The position numbers were made by a program, and so were the translations under genes. Under the pieces are notes generated by a model. The model saw nothing but the letters and a program-made list of their open reading frames with translations. It did not search any database and was not told the origin of the DNA. From a candidate division TA06 bacterium (GTDB taxonomy: Bacteria > Edwardsbacteria > AC1 > EtOH8), in assembly GCA_016235665.1 (NCBI GenBank), contig JACRJI010000013.1, positions 143,095 to 207,094 of the forward strand: a stretch of 64,000 nt of DNA. Direction: 5' to 3'. Positions 31,654-41,749 of this stretch are shown here, one piece after another; the first letter of the stretch is position 1; every line of letters starts with the position of its first letter.

Positions 31654-32826
31654 ATGAGAAAAAAGAATATAATAATCCTGGGCTCCACAGGGTCAATCGG
31701 AACTCAGACCATGGAGGTCATCACTAAATATCCGCAGCTTTTCAAAGTGGTGGGCCTGGCGGCCAATTCACGTTTTGATCTTTTGGCCCTGCAGATAAAA
31801 CAATTCAAACCCCGGATGGTCTGCATCGGCGATACGGCTACCGGCCTGGCGGAGATAGACGGCCCGGGCTCAAAGTTCAAATTGGTCAAAGGTCCGCAGG
31901 GCTTAAAACAACTGGCTGCTCTCTCCGGAGCCGATATGGTAGTGAACGCCCTGGTGGGCTCGGCCGGACTGGAGCCGACTCTGGCCGCAATCCGGGCCGG
32001 GCACGACGTGGCCCTGGCCAATAAGGAAACCCTGGTGGCCGGGGGGTCATTGGTGATGCGGGCGGTTAAAAAGCACCAGATCCGGCTGTTGCCCATAGAC
32101 AGTGAGCACGTGGCCCTGCACCAGTGCCTGGACGGCCGGGATGCCAAGATGGTCAAGAACCTGATACTGACGGCCTCGGGCGGGCCCTTCCGCAGCCACA
32201 GCCCCAGGCAGTTGAGCCGGGTTAAATCCCGGCATGCCCTGAACCACCCCACCTGGTCCATGGGACGGAAAGTGACCGTTGACTCCGCCACCCTGATGAA
32301 CAAGGGGTTGGAGATGATAGAGGCCCATTACCTTTTCGGCATCCCGCCGGAACGGATCAAAATAGTCATCCACCCCGAATCCATAATCCACTCCATGGTG
32401 GAGTTCAAAGACGGCTCCATCATGGCCCAGTTGTCCACTCCCGACATGCGGCTGCCGATCCAATATGCCCTGACCCATCCCCAAAGGCTGCCCTCGCTGG
32501 TGAAGGACTGCCGGCTGGATGAACTTGGCAAGCTCACTTTTCATAAACCGGACCGGATGACCTTCAAATGCCTGGACCTGGCCTATCTGGCTTTGAAACG
32601 GGGGGGAGTGATCCCGGCGGTGATGAATGCCGCCAACGAAATAGCAGTACAGGCCTTTTTGGAAGGCAGGATAAGTTTTCTGCAGATCCCGGAATTGATC
32701 TCCGGAGTGATGGAAAAACACCAGGCCGCCGTGGTCAGGTCAGTTTCGGATGTCGTTTCCGCCGACCATTCAGCCCGGCTGATGGCGCAGGAGGATCTAA
32801 CCAGTTTCAGACCAAATAAACATTGA
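31654..32826 (+). CDS. dxr: 1-deoxy-D-xylulose 5-phosphate reductoisomerase
   Basis: IIILGSTGSIGTQT N-terminus, conserved LANKE...SEH...NKG motifs. Confidence 0.9.
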   Translation: MRKKNIIILGSTGSIGTQTMEVITKYPQLFKVVGLAANSRFDLLALQIKQFKPRMVCIGDTATGLAEIDGPGSKFKLVKGPQGLKQLAALSGADMVVNALVGSAGLEPTLAAIRAGHDVALANKETLVAGGSLVMRAVKKHQIRLLPIDSEHVALHQCLDGRDAKMVKNLILTASGGPFRSHSPRQLSRVKSRHALNHPTWSMGRKVTVDSATLMNKGLEMIEAHYLFGIPPERIKIVIHPESIIHSMVEFKDGSIMAQLSTPDMRLPIQYALTHPQRLPSLVKDCRLDELGKLTFHKPDRMTFKCLDLAYLALKRGGVIPAVMNAANEIAVQAFLEGRISFLQIPELISGVMEKHQAAVVRSVSDVVSADHSARLMAQEDLTSFRPNKH

Positions 32827-32931
32827 CAATCCGGCACCGGGTCTGTTATTCTTAAATGTTACAGGTGGCCTGAACCCTGCCTGGCAGAAGAGACCGATGC
32901 TCAACTAATCAACCAATAACTACCGACCGAC

Positions 32932-33615
32932 ATGGATTCAAAAATATTAGAATATATCCTGATAATCCCCCCGGTGCTGTTCGCCATCACCATTCACGAA
33001 GTGGCCCATGGGTTCATCGCTTTTAAAAGAGGCGATTCCACCGCTTTCCTGATGGGCAGGCTGAACCTGAATCCCCTGAAGCACCTGGACCTTTTCGGCA
33101 GTTTCATTTTCCCGGCCATGCTGATATTTTTCAAGGCTCCTTTTGTGTTCGGCTGGGCCAAGCCGGTGCCGGTGAACTTTTTCGCCCTGAAAAACCCCAA
33201 GCGGGACATGATCTGGGTCTCGGCGGCCGGGCCGGGCAGCAACCTGCTGGTGGCAGCAGCGGCCGGGCTTTTCTTCCGCCTGCTTTATCCCTTTTACGGG
33301 GGGCCGGAGACGATGCTGCACCCGGTGCTGGTGATCCTGTTCTATTTTGTACTAATAGACACCGCCCTGGCTGTGTTCAACCTGATCCCCATCCCGCCGC
33401 TGGACGGTTCCAAGATCCTGGCCGGGCTGCTGCCCGGGCCGCTTTCGGTCAAGTATTTGAGCTTGGAAAAATACGGGATGTTCATCTTTATGGCGCTGAT
33501 AATCATCATCCAGTTGACGAAGATCAATTTCCTTTCCTACGTGCTGGCCCTGCCGGTGGTCCTGATCTCGCAGTTCTTCGGGGGGCCGGAACTGTTTCAG
33601 TTCATGCCCCGGTAG
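32932..33615 (+). CDS. stand-alone M50-family (site-2-protease-like) membrane metalloprotease
   Basis: HEVAHG zinc motif in the first TM helix, NLIPIPPLDGSKIL second motif. No PDZ domain. Confidence 0.8.
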   Translation: MDSKILEYILIIPPVLFAITIHEVAHGFIAFKRGDSTAFLMGRLNLNPLKHLDLFGSFIFPAMLIFFKAPFVFGWAKPVPVNFFALKNPKRDMIWVSAAGPGSNLLVAAAAGLFFRLLYPFYGGPETMLHPVLVILFYFVLIDTALAVFNLIPIPPLDGSKILAGLLPGPLSVKYLSLEKYGMFIFMALIIIIQLTKINFLSYVLALPVVLISQFFGGPELFQFMPR

Positions 33616-33644
33616 AAAAACAGAAACCATATATCAACGGTAAT

Positions 33645-35360
33645 ATGCACAATTACAGCAACAAGCATTATCCGGTCCGTGAGGGCCTGGGACTGATCAC
33701 TATCAAAGGGATGCTGGCCCGCTCGGCAGGATTGTATCCCTACAAAACAGCCCTCCAGATCAAACGGGGGAACGATTTTTACAAGGTTACCTACCGGGAT
33801 CTTAAGGAGAGAGCGGAACAACTGGCCGCCGGTCTGGCCAGCAAGGGGATAAAATTCGGCGATCGGGTGGCTTTGATCGGCGAGAATTGTCCGGAATGGG
33901 TGGAGGGCTACATGGCCCTGGCCAGCCTGGGGGCGGTGATAGTCCCATTAGACACCCAGCTCAAGGCCCAGGAGATCAGGCACATTCTGACCGATTCCGA
34001 GGCGGCGGCCATAATCGCCACCAATAGTTTCAAGGAAGCGGTGGACGAGGCAACCAGCAAACTTTCCAGCCTGAAGCATCTGTTCTCATTGAACAATCTT
34101 CCGGCGCTGTACGAAACGCCGGAACCAAAGGGGCTCAAGCGCCAGGTCCAGCTGGACGACCTGGCGGCCATCATCTACACCTCCGGCACCACCGGGCAGT
34201 CCAAAGGGGTGATGCTCAGCCACAAGAACATCATGTCCGACGTGGACGGAAGCTACCAGATCTTCCACTACGACCATCATGACAACTTCATCTCGGTGCT
34301 GCCGCTGCACCATACCTTTGAGGCCACGGCCGGGATGCTGGTGCCCCTTTACGTGGGGGCCACCATTACCTACGCCCAATCGCTGAAATCGCGGGACATC
34401 ATCAACGACATCCGGGACAGCCAGGCCACCATGATGGTGGGGGTTCCGCTGCTGTTCGAGAAGATGTACCAGGGCATCACCCGGGCGGTCAAGGAAAAGC
34501 CGCTGTTGACCAGGATGGCCTTCTCCACCTCCAACGGACTGGTCCGGTCCATCAAGTCTGTCACCGGCAAAAGGGCCGGGGGAAAGGTCTTCCAGTCTTT
34601 GCGGGAAAAGGCCGGGCTGTCCAGCCTAAGACTTTTCGTTTCGGGCGGAGCGGCACTGAATGTGGAGGTGGGAAAAGGATTTGAGACCCTGGGTTTTGAG
34701 ATCGTCCAGGGTTACGGCCTGACCGAATCCTCACCGGTGCTGACCATCAACACCGTCAAGAATCCGGATCACGCCTCGGTGGGGGCTCCCATCTCCTGCG
34801 TGGAACTGAAGATCATAGATCCCGACGGCAACGGGATCGGCGAGATCGCGGCAAAGGGGCCCAACGTGATGCTGGGCTATTATAAGAACCCCAAGGCCAC
34901 CGAGGCGGTGATGAAGGACGGATGGCTGCTGACCGGGGACCTGGGGTACATCGACAAGCGGGGCTGTTTGTACATCACCGGCCGGGCCAAGAACCTGATC
35001 GTCTCCGCCGCAGGCAAGAACATCTACCCCGAAGAGGTGGAGGCCCAGCTGCTGAACAGCCCGTTCGTGGCCGAAGTTCTGGTGATCGGCGAAAAGAACC
35101 CCCAGACCGAGCGGGAAGAGGTCCACGCCATCATCTATCCCAATTACGAGGCCCTGGACGAATATGCGGCCAAGCACAAAGTTACCCTGGATACGGCCCA
35201 GATAGAAAAGATATTAAAGGAAGAGGTCAGGCACCAGTGCAGCCACCTGGCCGATTACAAGCGGGTCAAGCATTTCTCCCTTAGAGAGGAGGAGTTCCCC
35301 AAGACCACCACCAGAAAGATCAAGAGGTATCTGTTCGTCGGGAAAAAAGTACAGGTGTAG
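33645..35360 (+). CDS. long-chain fatty-acid--CoA ligase (AMP-binding superfamily)
   Basis: AMP-binding motif IYTSGTTGQSKGV, GYGLTE and GDLGYIDKRGCLYITGRAKN motifs. Confidence 0.85.
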   Translation: MHNYSNKHYPVREGLGLITIKGMLARSAGLYPYKTALQIKRGNDFYKVTYRDLKERAEQLAAGLASKGIKFGDRVALIGENCPEWVEGYMALASLGAVIVPLDTQLKAQEIRHILTDSEAAAIIATNSFKEAVDEATSKLSSLKHLFSLNNLPALYETPEPKGLKRQVQLDDLAAIIYTSGTTGQSKGVMLSHKNIMSDVDGSYQIFHYDHHDNFISVLPLHHTFEATAGMLVPLYVGATITYAQSLKSRDIINDIRDSQATMMVGVPLLFEKMYQGITRAVKEKPLLTRMAFSTSNGLVRSIKSVTGKRAGGKVFQSLREKAGLSSLRLFVSGGAALNVEVGKGFETLGFEIVQGYGLTESSPVLTINTVKNPDHASVGAPISCVELKIIDPDGNGIGEIAAKGPNVMLGYYKNPKATEAVMKDGWLLTGDLGYIDKRGCLYITGRAKNLIVSAAGKNIYPEEVEAQLLNSPFVAEVLVIGEKNPQTEREEVHAIIYPNYEALDEYAAKHKVTLDTAQIEKILKEEVRHQCSHLADYKRVKHFSLREEEFPKTTTRKIKRYLFVGKKVQV

Positions 35361-35469
35361 GACTACGAAACTGTCCGCAACCATTCTCCGGCACTGTGTA
35401 AACGTTTTATAGACCGGGAATCCATAAAGCAGGCAATCTCCCAATCAAAAACAACGGAGACCTTCAGCC

Positions 35470-38289
35470 ATGTTGTTTTCCAAGAAAAAAGAAGAAAAGG
35501 CGCCCCTCAGTCCCATGGAAAATCTCAAGAAGGAGGAGGAAGCCCTGATCACCCAGGTGGAGCAGGGCCGCCGCAGCTACACCTCGCTGGACCAGCTTTT
35601 GGCCGACCGCAAGGCCATGCTGGAAGATGTCAATCACCGGCTGGCAGAGTCTTTGGGCGAAGAGATGTCCATGACCCAGAGGATGGAGGAAGCGCAGGGC
35701 AAGCTGGACGACATCAACCGCAAGCTGGACGACCGCACCAAGGAGGATTCCAACCTGGCCACCAAGATATGGGAGAAACGGGCCGAGCTTCTGAAGATAA
35801 ACCAGCAGATGGGGGAGGACAATAAAAAACTGGCGGCCATAGAGGAAAAGAGCCAGGGCCTGCAGGCCGATCTGATGCTGCTGGAGCAGTCCCATTCCGA
35901 ACAGCAGAGCCAGGCCGACAGCTGGAAGGCCGAACTGGCCAAGCTGCAGCAGGCCATTAAAGAGCGCCAGGCCGAGCAGGTTGAGGTCGATTCCAAGTTC
36001 AAGGAGCATGAAGCCAGGCTGGCCGAAGTGGACGGGACCCTGAAGTCCTGGCAGGACCAGGCGGCCGAGGCCGAAGGCCGGGTCGGCAAATTCAAGGCGG
36101 AGGAGGAAGCCTTAAAACAAAAGATCGAGGAGATCAGCAACCAGCAGGCGGCCATCCTGTCCGACCTGACCATGGCCGAGCAGGAAAAGAACGACATGCT
36201 GGCCGAAGCCCAAAAGAGCCGGGAGGAAGCCGAAGCCGTGAGGGCGGAGATCAAAATTTTGGTTTTGCAGAAGGACGAACTGGTCAAAGGCATCGAAGAG
36301 GTCAAGCACTCTGAATCACAGGTACTGGAGCGGCATCAGACCCTTAAGCAGGAAGAGGACCAGATCCGGCAGAGGATCGCCGGACTTCAGGCCCAGGAAT
36401 CGTCGGTCACTACCAAGGTGGAAGCCTTGAACGGGGCCCTGGCCGACTCGGAATCCAAGCTTCAGGCCCTGGCACAGGACCATCACAATCACCGCCAGCA
36501 AATAGAGAGCATGACGGCAGGGCTGTCTTCCAAGGAAAAGGAATTGTCCGAAAAACAGCAGCAGCATGAAGGCCTGATTAAGGCGATGGAACAGATGGAA
36601 ACGGAGAAGACCCAGGCCGCCGCCATGCTGGAGGAGATACAGACCAATGTCTTTAAGGCGGAAACCAGGCAGGCCGAGCTGGAACAGCGCAATGCCGAAC
36701 TGGTTCAGATAGTAGAGGCCGATACGGCCAAGGCCGCCGGACTGGAAAAGGAGATCGCCCAGCGCCAGCACGAGGTGGCGGCGGTGCGGGAACTGGAAAG
36801 CTACCTGGCCGACATTCGCGGCCAGATAGAAGAAGCAAAACAGCACCTGCAGAAGATCGGAGAGGACCGGGTCCAGGGCGAGCAGCAGATGGAACAACTG
36901 TCTTTGCAAAAACAGGAATTGGAGTCACAGGTAAAACAGCAGATGGAAGAACTGGACTCCAAAAAACAGGAAGCTGAGTCCCAAGCCGGCCAGTGGGAAT
37001 CCAGACTGAACGAGCACAATCAAAAAATGGCGGAGCTTGAACCGCAGCGAATCCAGATGGAAGAGGCGGTCACAGCCTTGTTCCGGCAAAAAGAGGAACT
37101 GGAGCAGGGCATAGCCGGGCTGAAGAACGAGACCCAGTTGCTGGAAGAGGCCAATCAGGAGCTCAACCAACTGAAAGCCGAGCGCAAGGAGCTTCAGGCC
37201 GAGGTCAAGAAGATAAAACAGCAGAAACAGGAATTTGCCCAGTCGGCCGAGGAAAGCCAGGCCAAACTGGATAAGTCGGAAGCCCGGCTGGAAAAGGTGA
37301 AAACCGAGGAAGCCCAGTTGAAGGAAAGTCTGGCCGCCGCCAAAAAGGAAGTGGCTGATATCGGTAAGGAACGGGCCGAGCTGGAGAAATACCTGCACCA
37401 GAAGCAGGACCTGCTGGCCGAACAAAAAGGATTGAAATCCAGCGTGGACGCCCTGAAGGCCGAGCTGGCTGCTTCCCAGGAGCAGCTGGATGTGCTTAAG
37501 GAAGAGGAGAAGGGCTGGAGCCTGAGGCTGGAGGATAACAAGAAACAGGCCCAACAGATGGAAAATCTGCTGGAAACATTAAGGACTGACGAGGAAAAGG
37601 TTAAGCACCGTCTGGAAGAGGCCGGACAGGCTGCCGAAAAGATCGCGGTCATTGAGCAGGAGATTTCAGGCAAAAAGAACGAGATAGATGAATTGAATGC
37701 CCAGGCCGATGAGGCCCGCAGCCGGATGGAGGCCTTGAAGAAGGAACAGGCCGAAATGGAGCAGGAGAAGGCCCGCCGCCGCGAAGAGGAGATGTCGGCT
37801 TTGACCAAGCTGAAATCCAAGGTAAGGCCCCAGGGGCTTGGGGCCGGGACGACCCCATCCCCGGCACCCGCCACCCCAGCCATTGCTCCGATCCCGGAAC
37901 AGCCATTGGCGGCGGAGCGCCCGGCCCTGGCCGCCCGGCCATTGTCGCCGTTTGCCGGAAAGCCGCCGGAACCGGCCAAGCCGCTGGGCCTGCCCAAGGC
38001 TGCCCCGGCCCTGTTGAAACCGGCCTCGCCGCTGTCCGCTCCCCATCAGGCGGTACTGCCGATCAAAGAGCACACGTCCCCGCTAAAGCCAGTTTCCCCC
38101 TTCTCCAACCCGCAGGCCCGGCCGGGACTTGCGCCCAAAGTGGCGGTCAATCCCCTGGGCAGGATGCCATTGCCGGTAAAACCCCAGACCGGTCTACGGC
38201 CGCCCGTGCCCCCGGTGGCCCACCGGCCCGCGCCGCTGAGCCCGCCCAGACCTTTGGAAAAACCCAAGGGGGATGTCTCCTTCAGCTGA
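35470..38289 (+). CDS. 939-aa coiled-coil protein with proline-rich C-terminal tail
   Basis: About 780 residues of uninterrupted heptad-like E/K/Q/L-rich sequence followed by a ~150-aa P/A/L-rich low-complexity tail. Many spurious overlapping ORFs on both strands stem from this low-complexity composition. Confidence 0.7.
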   Translation: MLFSKKKEEKAPLSPMENLKKEEEALITQVEQGRRSYTSLDQLLADRKAMLEDVNHRLAESLGEEMSMTQRMEEAQGKLDDINRKLDDRTKEDSNLATKIWEKRAELLKINQQMGEDNKKLAAIEEKSQGLQADLMLLEQSHSEQQSQADSWKAELAKLQQAIKERQAEQVEVDSKFKEHEARLAEVDGTLKSWQDQAAEAEGRVGKFKAEEEALKQKIEEISNQQAAILSDLTMAEQEKNDMLAEAQKSREEAEAVRAEIKILVLQKDELVKGIEEVKHSESQVLERHQTLKQEEDQIRQRIAGLQAQESSVTTKVEALNGALADSESKLQALAQDHHNHRQQIESMTAGLSSKEKELSEKQQQHEGLIKAMEQMETEKTQAAAMLEEIQTNVFKAETRQAELEQRNAELVQIVEADTAKAAGLEKEIAQRQHEVAAVRELESYLADIRGQIEEAKQHLQKIGEDRVQGEQQMEQLSLQKQELESQVKQQMEELDSKKQEAESQAGQWESRLNEHNQKMAELEPQRIQMEEAVTALFRQKEELEQGIAGLKNETQLLEEANQELNQLKAERKELQAEVKKIKQQKQEFAQSAEESQAKLDKSEARLEKVKTEEAQLKESLAAAKKEVADIGKERAELEKYLHQKQDLLAEQKGLKSSVDALKAELAASQEQLDVLKEEEKGWSLRLEDNKKQAQQMENLLETLRTDEEKVKHRLEEAGQAAEKIAVIEQEISGKKNEIDELNAQADEARSRMEALKKEQAEMEQEKARRREEEMSALTKLKSKVRPQGLGAGTTPSPAPATPAIAPIPEQPLAAERPALAARPLSPFAGKPPEPAKPLGLPKAAPALLKPASPLSAPHQAVLPIKEHTSPLKPVSPFSNPQARPGLAPKVAVNPLGRMPLPVKPQTGLRPPVPPVAHRPAPLSPPRPLEKPKGDVSFS

Positions 38290-38298
38290 TAGGATCAT

Positions 38299-39186
<888 letters not shown>

Positions 39187-39208
39187 AACAAATATATTTA
39201 CCGGGACG

Positions 39209-39296
39209 CTGGCTTCGGCACAAGCTCAGCCGAGCGATTTTTGCAGACATTGTAGTAAACCCTTCGGCACTGGCTTCGGCAATTGCTCAGCCCGGC
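39209..39296 (+). repeat. two tandem copies of a REP-like element GGCTTCGGCAnnnGCTCAGCC (39211..39231 and 39272..39292)
   Basis: Direct imperfect repeats 61 bp apart in the xerD-DOMON intergenic region. A third copy lies at 60923..60942. Confidence 0.55.
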
Positions 39297-39373
39297 GGCT
39301 CATGGCAGGTTCTGCCGAACTATATTATGGATCTTTTTGTCTCAAAACCAACAATATATACAAGGAGTCAACC

Positions 39374-39994
39374 ATGAAGAAAATATTACTGGCATCAGTG
39401 CTGGTTCTTCTTGCCGTTTCCGCTTTTGCCCAGAAGCCCCACGGCATCGTCAACCTTAAAACCGTTGACGTGATAATTGACGGCAAGGTAACCGAGGGCG
39501 AGTATCCCACCCACTATACGGATTCCTACACCGGCATCGGTGTCAGCTGGGTTTCGGACGGAAAATTGCTTTATGTGGCATTGGAAAGCCCGCATAAGGG
39601 CTGGGCGGCCATCTCATTTGGCGAGCATAAGATCCGGGGAAGCGCCATGATCATCGCCTATCATGACCCTTCGGGCCGCCGGGTGGACGAGCACATGGGC
39701 AGCTGGGTCTCCACCCACAAGGCCATAGAAAAGCCGAAATTAGTGGACTTCAAGACCGCCAAGACCAATTCCGGGATGATAGTTGAATTCTCCATGCCCC
39801 TGGCCCTTTCCAACGGGCAGGCCATAGTTCCGGGACAGCCGATGCCATTCGTTCTGGCCTATCACAAGAGCAAGACCTCGTTCAAAGGCCGGCCCAGCCG
39901 CAAGTCTTCCGGGATGCTGGTCCTGGGCAGGGCTGAGCAGGAAGGACAGGGAGAACCTGAGACGGCGGCCCCGGCTGATACCACGAAAAAGTAA
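39374..39994 (+). CDS. secreted DOMON-like domain protein (paralog 1)
   Basis: Signal peptide, then an all-beta ~170-aa domain with a DOMON-like pattern (GEYPTHYTDSYTGIGVSWVSDGKLLYVALESPHKGWAAISFG...AMIIAYHD). About 35% identity to the downstream paralog. Confidence 0.55.
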   Translation: MKKILLASVLVLLAVSAFAQKPHGIVNLKTVDVIIDGKVTEGEYPTHYTDSYTGIGVSWVSDGKLLYVALESPHKGWAAISFGEHKIRGSAMIIAYHDPSGRRVDEHMGSWVSTHKAIEKPKLVDFKTAKTNSGMIVEFSMPLALSNGQAIVPGQPMPFVLAYHKSKTSFKGRPSRKSSGMLVLGRAEQEGQGEPETAAPADTTKK

Positions 39995-40004
39995 ATGATA
40001 TATA

Positions 40005-40042
40005 CGGGCTTTCGGACAAATGTCTGAAGGCCCGATTTTCTT
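40005..40042 (+). terminator. rho-independent terminator (CGGGCTTTCGGACA-aa-TGTCTGAAGGCCCG + ATTTTCTT)
   Basis: 13-bp stem with 2 G-U/mismatch positions followed by a T-rich tract after the DOMON paralog 1 stop. Confidence 0.7.
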
Positions 40043-40050
40043 GCCAGGGA

Positions 40051-40070
40051 TAGACAGGATTTACAAGATT
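40051..40070 (+). repeat. copy of the intergenic motif (tAGACAGGATTTACAaGATT), about 50 nt upstream of the second DOMON gene
   Basis: 17/20 identity to the 3789 copy. Lies between a terminator and the next start codon. Confidence 0.5.
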
Positions 40071-40121
40071 TCAACGGAGCATTAAATAAAAACAGCTACT
40101 CCAAAATACTTTTAGGAGAAG

Positions 40122-40697
40122 ATGATGAAGAACATCAAAGCATTATTGCTGTTGCTGCTGTTGCCGGGACTGCTGTTTGCCGTCAAAAAGGACATCCAGA
40201 AGATCCCGGTGATAGTCCGCTCAGAGGCGAAGGTTGACGGAGTGATCGCCAAGGGAGAATATCAGTCCTCTTTCACCGATACCAAGACCGGCATCACCGT
40301 GCACTGGCAGGCCGACAGCGCCAACCTGTACTGCGCCATGCAAAGCCCGGGACAGGGCTGGCTGTCGATCGGCTTCGGCTCTGGCGGGATGAAAGGCGCT
40401 GTTATGATCATAGCCTATCAGACAGCAGAAGGGAAATGGGCGGCTGAAGAACATCTGGGCAAAGCCTTTTTCCGGCATGCCCGGGCCGAAAACACGAGAC
40501 TTATCGCGGCCAGGGCCGGGATCATTGACGGACATACCGTAATGGAATTCTGCCTGCCGCTGTCCCTTTCCAACGGAAAGACCATCAACAGCGCCGGGGA
40601 GCTGCCGTACATCCTGGCCTATCACCAGGACAAGCCACAGCTTTCCAAACACAGCAAAAAATCATCGGGCCTGCTGGTCTTGACTTCGGGTAAATAG
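40122..40697 (+). CDS. secreted DOMON-like domain protein (paralog 2)
   Basis: Signal peptide. Conserved blocks shared with paralog 1 (GEYQSSFTDTKTGITVHWQADSANLYCAMQSPGQGWLSIGFG...AVMIIAYQ...LAYHQDK...SSGLLVL). Confidence 0.55.
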   Translation: MMKNIKALLLLLLLPGLLFAVKKDIQKIPVIVRSEAKVDGVIAKGEYQSSFTDTKTGITVHWQADSANLYCAMQSPGQGWLSIGFGSGGMKGAVMIIAYQTAEGKWAAEEHLGKAFFRHARAENTRLIAARAGIIDGHTVMEFCLPLSLSNGKTINSAGELPYILAYHQDKPQLSKHSKKSSGLLVLTSGK

Positions 40698-40752
40698 CGG
40701 CTATAATTGGAAAGAGACCGAATTCCCAACCGCAATCCAAAGAAGAGGCGTT

Positions 40753-41037
40753 ATGGCTAAAATGACCGAGGTTCCGGGGAACAACAGGAAGCACCAGGTG
40801 GTGCTTTATGCCCTGTCCACCTGCATCTGGTGCAAGAAGACCAAGAAGCTGCTGGACGACCTGGACATTCATTACCGCTATGTATTTGTGGACCTGCTGA
40901 CCGGCAGGGAAGAACAGGAGATCATGGACCAGGTCAGGGAATTCAATCCAGGCTGCACTTTTCCCACCATGGTGATAGACAACGAAAAAGTGATAGTGGG
41001 CCTGAAAGAGCCGGAGATAAAGAAGGTTTTGGAATGA
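40753..41037 (+). CDS. glutaredoxin-like thioredoxin-fold protein (CxxC)
   Basis: VVLYALSTCIWCKKTKKLL CxxC active site in a ~90-aa glutaredoxin/NrdH-like fold. ATGA overlap with the downstream gene. Confidence 0.75.
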   Translation: MAKMTEVPGNNRKHQVVLYALSTCIWCKKTKKLLDDLDIHYRYVFVDLLTGREEQEIMDQVREFNPGCTFPTMVIDNEKVIVGLKEPEIKKVLE

Positions 41038-41534
41038 GGACGGCAGGGGAGATCGAGGCGGAGATCCTGGAGCTGGCCCAAAAAGAGGGCTACACCCTGA
41101 ACCCGGACCGGGAGATCAGGGAAGGGATCATAGAGGGCATCGCAGTCAATGAAGAGCGGCTGGGATACTGGAACTGCCCCTGCCGCAGGGCTTCGGGCGA
41201 CCGCAACACCGATCTGGACATAGTGTGCCCCTGCCAGTACCGGGACGCCGATCTGAAAGAACACGGCCGGTGTTACTGCGCGCTGTATGTCAACCAAGAG
41301 TATCTTGGCCGGGGATCGCCGCCGGAGCCGATACCGGAGAGAAGGCCTATTTCCAAGGTTCAAAAGGTTGTAAAGGCGGAAAATGTTCAAGAGGTTCCGC
41401 CGGGGAAGGAAGAAGACATAAAGGTTTGGAGATGCACGGTCTGCGGGTATCTCTGCGCCAGAAGCGAGGCCCCGCCCATCTGTCCCATCTGCCGGGCCAA
41501 GAAGGAGAGGTTCGAGGAATTTAGCCTTGTATAA
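41034..41534 (+). CDS. ferredoxin-thioredoxin reductase catalytic-subunit-like protein fused to a C-terminal rubredoxin-type zinc ribbon
   Basis: FTR-C signature CPC(x16)CPC(x14)CYC, including WNCPCRR...DIVCPCQYRD...HGRCYCALYV. C-terminal CTVCGY...CPICRA rubredoxin knuckles. The track ORF 40830 is in-frame upstream read-through. ATG at 41034 overlaps the glutaredoxin stop. Confidence 0.7.
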   Translation: MRTAGEIEAEILELAQKEGYTLNPDREIREGIIEGIAVNEERLGYWNCPCRRASGDRNTDLDIVCPCQYRDADLKEHGRCYCALYVNQEYLGRGSPPEPIPERRPISKVQKVVKAENVQEVPPGKEEDIKVWRCTVCGYLCARSEAPPICPICRAKKERFEEFSLV

Positions 41535-41555
41535 ATGTTATTTTAAGTATTTTAT

Positions 41556-41595
41556 GAAAAATCCCCCAAAAAATATTTTTGGGGGATTTTTCATT
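41556..41595 (+). terminator. rho-independent terminator (GAAAAATCCCCCAAAAAA-ta-TTTTTGGGGGATTTTTC)
   Basis: Perfect long stem with flanking T-run after the FTR-rubredoxin gene. Confidence 0.85.
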
Positions 41596-41647
41596 AGTTG
41601 TTTTATCTTAAATATTTGACAAAAATGGTTAAAATTACAAGCAATCC

Positions 41648-41661
41648 TGACATAAATGTCA
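41648..41661 (+). promoter_or_regulatory. 14-bp perfect palindrome TGACATAAATGTCA (candidate enhancer-binding-protein site, UAS-1)
   Basis: About 200 bp upstream of a sigma-54-type promoter. A second near-identical palindrome lies 101 bp downstream. Confidence 0.4.
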
Positions 41662-41749
41662 AAAGGCATGACAAATAGGTCATGGTAACATAACAATATA
41701 AAATGCAATGTGTTGAAAAGTAAAAAAATCTTAATAACGCGTCGAACAG

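Noticed and set aside
35634-38267. Many 60-270 aa ORFs on both strands inside the coiled-coil gene (for example 37194..37997 -, 36316..36909 -)
   Set aside because: They are low-complexity artefacts of the repetitive GAG/CAG/AAG-rich coding sequence. None has a start context or motifs.
39187-39373. Possible dif (XerCD) site downstream of xerD
   Set aside because: The repeats there are direct, not the 28-bp imperfect palindrome expected of dif. They are better explained as REP-like elements.
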